This document shows, in pieces, positions 59,017 through 64,000 of a stretch of 64,000 nt of DNA. The DNA is taken from assembly GCA_965204795.1 (NCBI GenBank), contig OZ242012.1:1683639-1747638 (forward strand), read 5' to 3'. Position numbers and translations under genes: made by a program. Source of the DNA: Thermodesulfobacteriota bacterium (GTDB lineage: Bacteria > Desulfobacterota_D > UBA1144 > Nemesobacterales > Nemesobacteraceae). A model generated the notes under the pieces. That model made no database searches. It saw only the letters and a program-made list of their open reading frames with translations, and was not told where the DNA came from. Within the stretch, counting starts at the first letter, position 1; each line of letters begins with the position of its first letter.

Positions 59017-59111
59017 ATTAAAGAAGGATAAACGGGGAAGATTCGGAAAAAAGCCATTAGTGGTGTAAGATTCGGAAAAAAGCCGGGAAAAAACCGGGCG
59101 CGGCCGCGACG

Positions 59112-59963
59112 TCAGCGACCGCGAAGCTTCCCCGAAAGCGGAATGACCCTCGCGGGAGCCTTGCGGCTCGCCCTGTAGTGCTCCATGGCCTCGGGCATCC
59201 ATCTTCTCATGTTGGTTATTCTCGTCCTGTAGCCCGGGTGGGTGGAAAGAAACTCGGGAGGAGCGTCGCCCCCTCCGGCCGCGCGTCCCATCCGCTCCCA
59301 GAACGGTACGGCCTCGCGGGGGTCGTAGCCCGCCTTGGCCATGTAGATCAGACCTATCCTGTCGGCCTCGGTTTCCTGCTTTCTGCTGAAAGGAAGCGTG
59401 CCCGCGAGGGCCGTTCCGATTCCGTATGCCTGGAGAACGCCGCTTGTGACGGTCGGGTCGCCGTTTCGAAGACCCCTCGCTATGGCGTCCGCTCCGAGCT
59501 GGAGCAGAACCCCGAGGCTCATTCTCTCCCCTCCGTGGCGGGCCACGGCGTGGGCGACCTCGTGGGCCATCACGGTCGCGAGCCCCGCCTCGGTGCGGGC
59601 TACGGGAAGCATTCCCGTGTAGACGCCTATCTTTCCTCCGGGAAGGGCGAAGGCGTTTACGGTTTCGTCGTTTTCGATCACGGCGTAGCGCCACTCGAAG
59701 CCCGAGGCGTGGGAAACCGCGGCTATCCGGTCTCCGACCCTCTTCACCGCGGCCGCGTAGTCGGGATTGCGCGAAAGCTTCTCCTTGCTTATCAGGTTTC
59801 GAAAGGCGTCGGCGCCCAGCCGATGCTCCTGGGAAGTCGAAAAGACGTTGAACTGCGTTCTGCCCGTGACGGGCACCTTGTAGCAGGCGACCGCGGCGAG
59901 AAGGGACAGAAAGAGACCCGAAAGCAGCAGAAGTCTTTTCTTTCCGAGCAGCCGTCGAGCCAT
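59112..59963 (-). CDS. M48-family zinc metallopeptidase (lipoprotein/periplasmic, BepA/HtpX-like)
   Basis: Signal/lipobox-like N-terminus (LLAAVACYK) and HEVAHAVARH (HExxH) with the downstream E. Confidence 0.8.
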   Translation of the reverse strand: MARRLLGKKRLLLLSGLFLSLLAAVACYKVPVTGRTQFNVFSTSQEHRLGADAFRNLISKEKLSRNPDYAAAVKRVGDRIAAVSHASGFEWRYAVIENDETVNAFALPGGKIGVYTGMLPVARTEAGLATVMAHEVAHAVARHGGERMSLGVLLQLGADAIARGLRNGDPTVTSGVLQAYGIGTALAGTLPFSRKQETEADRIGLIYMAKAGYDPREAVPFWERMGRAAGGGDAPPEFLSTHPGYRTRITNMRRWMPEAMEHYRASRKAPARVIPLSGKLRGR

Positions 59964-60034
59964 GTCGTCGCAACCCTTGTGAAATCCGAAAAAACCGCGG
60001 GCGTCCCGCCCGCGGTTGCAATCCGGTACGGGGT

Positions 60035-61210
60035 TCAGGAAAGATCCACCTTTCTCATTCTCTCCATCCCCTCCTCGATGTCTTCGTCCGCGCAGGCGTA
60101 GGTGACCCGCACGTAGCCCTCTCCCTGGCTTCCGAAGGCGGTGCCCGCCACCACGGCCACCCCGGCGCGCTCCACCAGCCGGTCGGTGAACTGCTGGGAG
60201 GTGAGTCCCGTTCCCGAGACGTCGGCAAACGCGTAGAACGCCCCGTCGGGAGTGTCGCAGGTTATGCCGTCCACGGTGTTCAGACCCGCGACCATGAGGT
60301 CCCTTTTATGCTCGAGCAGCCCGAGCTTGTGCTCGACCCAGTCCTGCGGCCCGGTGAGGGCGGCGTGGGCGGCTTTCTGTATGAACGCCGCGACGTTGGT
60401 TATCGAGTCCTGAAGGAAGATGGAGAGCTTCTCTATCACCGGTCTCGGCGCCACGGTCCATCCTATCCTCCAGCCGGTCATGGCCCAGGTCTTTGAGAAC
60501 GTGTCTATGCATATCACCCTGTCCCTTATGCTCTCGATCGAGGATATGGAAAGGTGGGGCTTTCCGAAGGTCACCTGAGAGAATATCTCGTCGGAAATCA
60601 CCATGACCTGCGGATGGCGCTCGAGCATGGCGGCTATCTCCCCGGGGTTTTCCACCAGATGGCCGTTCGGTCTCTGGGGGGTGTTTATGATGACGAGCTT
60701 CGTCTTCGGGGTTACGAGCTTCTCGAGGGCCTCGACGTCGAACTGCCAGTCGGGCTTCGTAAGCGGCGTGTGCTTTATGACGGCGTTGGCGTACTTGGCC
60801 CACACCTCGTCGGGGGGATAGCCGGGGTTCGGGAAAATCACCTCGTCCCCGTCCTCCAGGAAAGTGAGAAGGTTCATGGTGAGCGAGTGCTTCGCTCCCG
60901 CGGTGACTATCACCTCGTCGGGTTCGGTCGGCCGCCCGCGCTCCCCCATCTTCTCGGCTATCGCCTCGCGAAGCTCGGGAAGCCCCGGCCCGGGGTCGTA
61001 CCTCACGTAGCCGTCCCGAAGCGCCTTTTCCGTCGCGTCCAGAACGTGCTCCGGCGTGTCGAAATCCGCACCCTGGTAGTCGCCCTTTTCGAAGTGGATG
61101 ATCTTCTTTCCGGTCTCCCTTTCGAGTTCCCTCGCGACCCGCATGCTCGCCCACTGCCTGGGCGGAACGAAGTGTCCGGTCCGCGAACTGTAAGCGTATG
61201 AAGTTGACAT
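60035..61210 (-). CDS. pyridoxal-phosphate-dependent aminotransferase (class I/II, AspAT-like)
   Basis: Fold-type I aminotransferase with the conserved region SDEIFSQV...FSKTWAMTGWRIGW (PLP-lysine motif SK). Confidence 0.85.
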   Translation of the reverse strand: MSTSYAYSSRTGHFVPPRQWASMRVARELERETGKKIIHFEKGDYQGADFDTPEHVLDATEKALRDGYVRYDPGPGLPELREAIAEKMGERGRPTEPDEVIVTAGAKHSLTMNLLTFLEDGDEVIFPNPGYPPDEVWAKYANAVIKHTPLTKPDWQFDVEALEKLVTPKTKLVIINTPQRPNGHLVENPGEIAAMLERHPQVMVISDEIFSQVTFGKPHLSISSIESIRDRVICIDTFSKTWAMTGWRIGWTVAPRPVIEKLSIFLQDSITNVAAFIQKAAHAALTGPQDWVEHKLGLLEHKRDLMVAGLNTVDGITCDTPDGAFYAFADVSGTGLTSQQFTDRLVERAGVAVVAGTAFGSQGEGYVRVTYACADEDIEEGMERMRKVDLS

Positions 61211-61246
61211 AAGATTTTCTCCTCCTTTTTTCTTTCTTTGAAAAGC

Positions 61247-61879
61247 TTATGATTCCTGTTTTACGAGAAGCCCCGAGGCTAGCTGCGAGAACACGGCGTC
61301 GGCGACCTCGGCGGGGTCCATGAAAAAATCGTGGTGGACCATCACCGCCCCCACCGCCCCGTAGAGCATGAGAGCCCGGAGTCTCGGGTTCTGGCGAACG
61401 AAGCTCCCCTCGTTTATTCCTTTCTGTATTATGGTTTCGTAAAGTTCGACCCTGCGTATTCTCCACTTCTCGGTGAGCTCGAAGTGCTCCTTCAGCAGAT
61501 GGGTTTCGTCGCGGGAGAGAATGCGCAGCACTTCCCTGTTTTTCTTGTAGAAGGTGAATATGGTGGCCAGGAGCTTTTTGAGCTTTTCCGGGGCGGGAGC
61601 GTCGTTGTCCATCTCTTCCTGCAAAAGACCCTCTATGGCCTCGAAGCTTTCCTGAAGAATTTCGAGGTAGAGCTTTTCCTTCGAGGAGAAGTAGTTGTAG
61701 ATGGTGCCCTTGGCCACTCCCATCTTCTCCGCTATCTCTCCCATCGTTACGTCGTGGTAGCTTTTCTGAGAGAAAAGACCCGTGGCCGTCTTTATTATCT
61801 GGTCGCGTCTTCTGTGCTTTAAACCCGCTTTGCGGGTACCCGCGTCCGCGCCTGAAACAACGCTCGCCTCAACCATCAC
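61247..61879 (-). CDS. TetR/AcrR-family transcriptional regulator
   Basis: N-terminal HTH (YHDVTMGEIAEKMGVAKGTIYNYFSSKEKL). Start is GTG 61879 or ATG 61876. Confidence 0.85.
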   Translation of the reverse strand: MMVEASVVSGADAGTRKAGLKHRRRDQIIKTATGLFSQKSYHDVTMGEIAEKMGVAKGTIYNYFSSKEKLYLEILQESFEAIEGLLQEEMDNDAPAPEKLKKLLATIFTFYKKNREVLRILSRDETHLLKEHFELTEKWRIRRVELYETIIQKGINEGSFVRQNPRLRALMLYGAVGAVMVHHDFFMDPAEVADAVFSQLASGLLVKQES

Positions 61880-61888
61880 TCACCCACT

Positions 61889-61906
61889 TGACTGACTAGT
61901 CAGTCA
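61889..61906. promoter_or_regulatory. perfect 18-bp palindrome TGACTGACT|AGTCAGTCA immediately upstream of the TetR start: putative TetR operator
   Basis: Exact 9+9 inverted repeat 10 nt from the regulator start codon, typical of TetR autoregulation. Confidence 0.6.
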
Positions 61907-62150
61907 TATTATTAGCGGTTCGGTCGGAGGTTGTCAAGGAGAAAATTTTCGGGATTATTTAACGGCTCGCACGACCCCGGAACTACGAAACTGTAAAAAG
62001 CGAAAAAAGAGGCGGCGGAGCGAAATGACGGCAAAATCCGAGAAACTTCTGAAACTGGAGGAAAGGGTACATGCCGCTCTGGACGGAACGACCCACCCCG
62101 AAGACTTCGACGGTCTGCTGGAATATGTGGAATCCAGCCGGTCCGTCAGG

Positions 62151-62474
62151 TCACATCAATCCCTTGACCCGCATGTAGTCTTCACGGCTTTTTCTCTGCG
62201 CTTCGCTTTCCGTGACCTCGTCCACGTAAGTTCTAACGAATTCCACCACCTCGTCGATGCTGCCGCATTCCGCTATCTTGCCAAAGTCGTCGTCTCTCCA
62301 CTCGCCTTTCTCGCGAATGCGGTACACCTTGAAATTATCCGTCACGGCCAGCTTCTCGTACATCCTGCAACCATGAGTGTCGTTGCCTACTTCCAACACA
62401 GACCACGTGCCGTTTCCCCAGTCCTTTTCCTCGAATCCCAGCGGCATTAGAGCCTCGTTCAAAGCCTCGTTCAT
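62151..62474 (-). CDS. hypothetical small acidic protein (107 aa), lower-GC orphan
   Basis: MNEALNEALMPLGFEEKDWGNGTWSVLEVGNDTHGCRMYEKLAVTDNFKVYRIREKGEWRDDDFGKIAECGSIDEVVEFVRTYVDEV... has balanced, protein-like composition. The overlapping + ORF 62025..62450 looks like its antisense shadow (His/Val/Ala-rich). Confidence 0.45.
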   Translation of the reverse strand: MNEALNEALMPLGFEEKDWGNGTWSVLEVGNDTHGCRMYEKLAVTDNFKVYRIREKGEWRDDDFGKIAECGSIDEVVEFVRTYVDEVTESEAQRKSREDYMRVKGLM

Positions 62475-63075
62475 TCTAACTCACCTCGTCGAATATAGTG
62501 TTATCTCCATAGCCACAAGTCAAGGAGATGCTGGTAGTCATATCGCGGCAGGGCCGTCGGTTGCCCGATGCCCCCGCGCAGATCCGTACGTGCCCGTCAA
62601 GGCATACGGCCTCCTACCTCGGGTATACGACGGCAGTTCCGTATCCGCTCCGGCTCATATCTCACGGGTTCCCCGACTCTGTGTTCGGCCCGTGCTTTGT
62701 CTCCGCCGATTCCCCTCGGTCACGACCCTTCGCTCCACCGACTCCGCCGCCTTGTTCGCCAGCTTTCTCACTACTATGGCCATGCCCAATCTAGTGTTCC
62801 AAAGCAGGGGTCCCGCCCCGGTCCGTTGTTCGGCTTTCGGAGCTTACATGCAATTTGCCCGAAGCTGACCGACCGCACCGCCGCGCGGCATCGGGACCCG
62901 CAAGAAACTCGCCGCGCCGGGAAGTCTGCCCGCGGGACGGAAAAGAAAAAAGCGGGAAATGGTTAAGAAAGTTCCGATTCAACCGAGAATATTACTCGCA
63001 TACCGGAATGTTGTAGTATAATTCAAGCATGTTGAATCAGGGTTTTCTAAATTCGATCGAGACAAGGAGAGTGCG

Positions 63076-64000
63076 ATGAGCAAGATTCTCATGCTGACGG
63101 CGACGCTGGCCGCGGCGCTTACGCTTCAAGTCCGGTCCGCGCAGGCCGAAACACCCCTTCTGAACGCGGACCTAGCGCCGAAATACGCGGTGGGAGTCGT
63201 CCCGAATTTCGTCCGGGACTTCAACCAGACCTTCGATGCCTGGGGCAAGAAATACAAGTCCGCCGCTTACCAGGAATTTCTGAAAAAGACAGAAGCCGCC
63301 GGAGTGCCTCACACGACCTTCACGCAGATATACTATCCCGCGACGCCGGGCAAGGGACGGGCCGAAAGCAGGGCCCGTACCACCGTCCCGGCGGCCCTGC
63401 CGGCCGCCGCGAGCGGACAGCAGATGACGCCCGTCGATCTTTTCGGCGGAAGCCGCGCGCTGGTCGAATTCTCCATGAAGGGATGGGAAGGCAACCCCTA
63501 CCAGGCGTACGTCGGCGCTCCGATGGCCGAGGGGCGTTTCCCGCTGGTGATCATGGTCCACGGTCTTGCCGGTTCGGTAAACACGTGGGCTTCGGCGGCG
63601 GAATACCTGGCAGCCCAGGGCTATATCGTCGCGACCGTGTCGCTTACCTCCGACAGCACCGCGTCGCCCTTTCTGGAAGACCCGTCGTCGCCCTGGGCCG
63701 GGAGTCTCTCGGACAAGGAAAAGCGGCGTATCTACGAGCTTCGCGCGACCGAAGCCTCTTCCACCGTCTTCAGAAACTTCTTCAAATTCATGTTCGGCCA
63801 GGACAAGCAGATACTGACCCCGGCGGATTTTCCCGACCCTTCCAAGCTCGTAGCTAGGAAAAACGGGGGCGCGCTCGCGGGCCAGTCGCAGGCCGACCTG
63901 TTCGAACAGCGCGTCGCCGACGTCGCCCGCGTGATCGCGGAGATGAAATATCTCAACGAAAAAGAAGCCGCCTGCCGGGCGGCTCTCGAGAGGGAGGGTT
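63076..64000 (+). CDS. secreted alpha/beta-hydrolase fold protein (5' partial; runs off window end)
   Basis: RBS AAGGAGA (63064-63070), ATG 63076, signal peptide MSKILMLTATLAAALTLQVRSAQA. LVIMVHGLAGSVNTWASAAEYLAAQGYIVATVS is typical of the lipase / PAF-acetylhydrolase-like alpha/beta hydrolase N-terminal strand-helix. Not in the ORF track because there is no stop in the window. Confidence 0.6.
   Translation, partial: MSKILMLTATLAAALTLQVRSAQAETPLLNADLAPKYAVGVVPNFVRDFNQTFDAWGKKYKSAAYQEFLKKTEAAGVPHTTFTQIYYPATPGKGRAESRARTTVPAALPAAASGQQMTPVDLFGGSRALVEFSMKGWEGNPYQAYVGAPMAEGRFPLVIMVHGLAGSVNTWASAAEYLAAQGYIVATVSLTSDSTASPFLEDPSSPWAGSLSDKEKRRIYELRATEASSTVFRNFFKFMFGQDKQILTPADFPDPSKLVARKNGGALAGQSQADLFEQRVADVARVIAEMKYLNEKEAACRAALEREG

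Noticed and set aside
62025-62450. 141-aa + strand ORF downstream of the TetR operator
   Set aside because: Beyond its first 45 residues or so it is His/Val/Ala/Phe-rich and exactly antisense to the better-looking 107-aa minus-strand protein. It is retained only as an alternative in the findings.
62480-63060. Identification of the GC-rich non-coding segment as RNase P RNA, tmRNA, SRP RNA or 6S RNA
   Set aside because: The universally conserved motifs of these RNAs (P4 GGAAAGTCC / ACAGAA-CCGGCTTA; tmRNA tRNA-like end; SRP domain IV GGAA loop context) are absent on both strands. It is kept only as an unclassified candidate RNA.

Overview
This is a high-GC (about 60-65% by eye) chromosomal window from a Gram-negative-type bacterium, almost certainly a metagenome-assembled or uncultured lineage. 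Most of it is conserved housekeeping operons. I can support these: thrC (3' partial) and acyP; ftsB-rsmA; dacB; polA; the SRP cluster ffh-rpsP-khpA-rimM-trmD-rplS; argS; an exbB-exbD-OMP-tonB cluster; ruvCAB plus yebC; rho; a suf operon (Rrf2-sufBCD-Rieske); an isolated nuoJKL; nth; two FG-GAP repeat surface proteins plus an OMP; an argC-AMP ligase-ACP trio; a REC-DHH phosphoesterase; trpFBA; and a complete Pho regulon (oprP, phoBR, pstSCAB-phoU) with visible 11-bp-periodic Pho-box-like repeats. Then come an M48 peptidase, an aminotransferase, a TetR regulator with a perfect operator palindrome, and a partial alpha/beta hydrolase. Three lower-GC accessory patches stand out. (i) 1300-2450 carries an HTH-DUF433-like protein followed by a DUF5615/PIN-like partner, a toxin-antitoxin-like pair. 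(ii) 8500-12120 is a decayed mobile-element patch with IS3 and IS1595 transposase fragments, a two-gene small-protein module with its own promoter, and an interrupted direct-repeat copy of the polA 5' end. (iii) 62150-62480 holds a small orphan gene, followed by a roughly 400-nt GC-rich non-coding segment (62480-63060) with long-range complementary ends that may be a structured RNA. Two genes, polA and a small OMP, are each split by a single-base frameshift inside a long G/C homopolymer (G7, C10); these are sequencing artifacts or slippage/phase-variation sites. The two FG-GAP proteins share an unusual Cys-containing CaaX-like C-terminal sorting signal (GGCAVSG + TM helix + basic tail) whose processing enzyme is not in the window. 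I found no rRNA, tRNA or CRISPR array.
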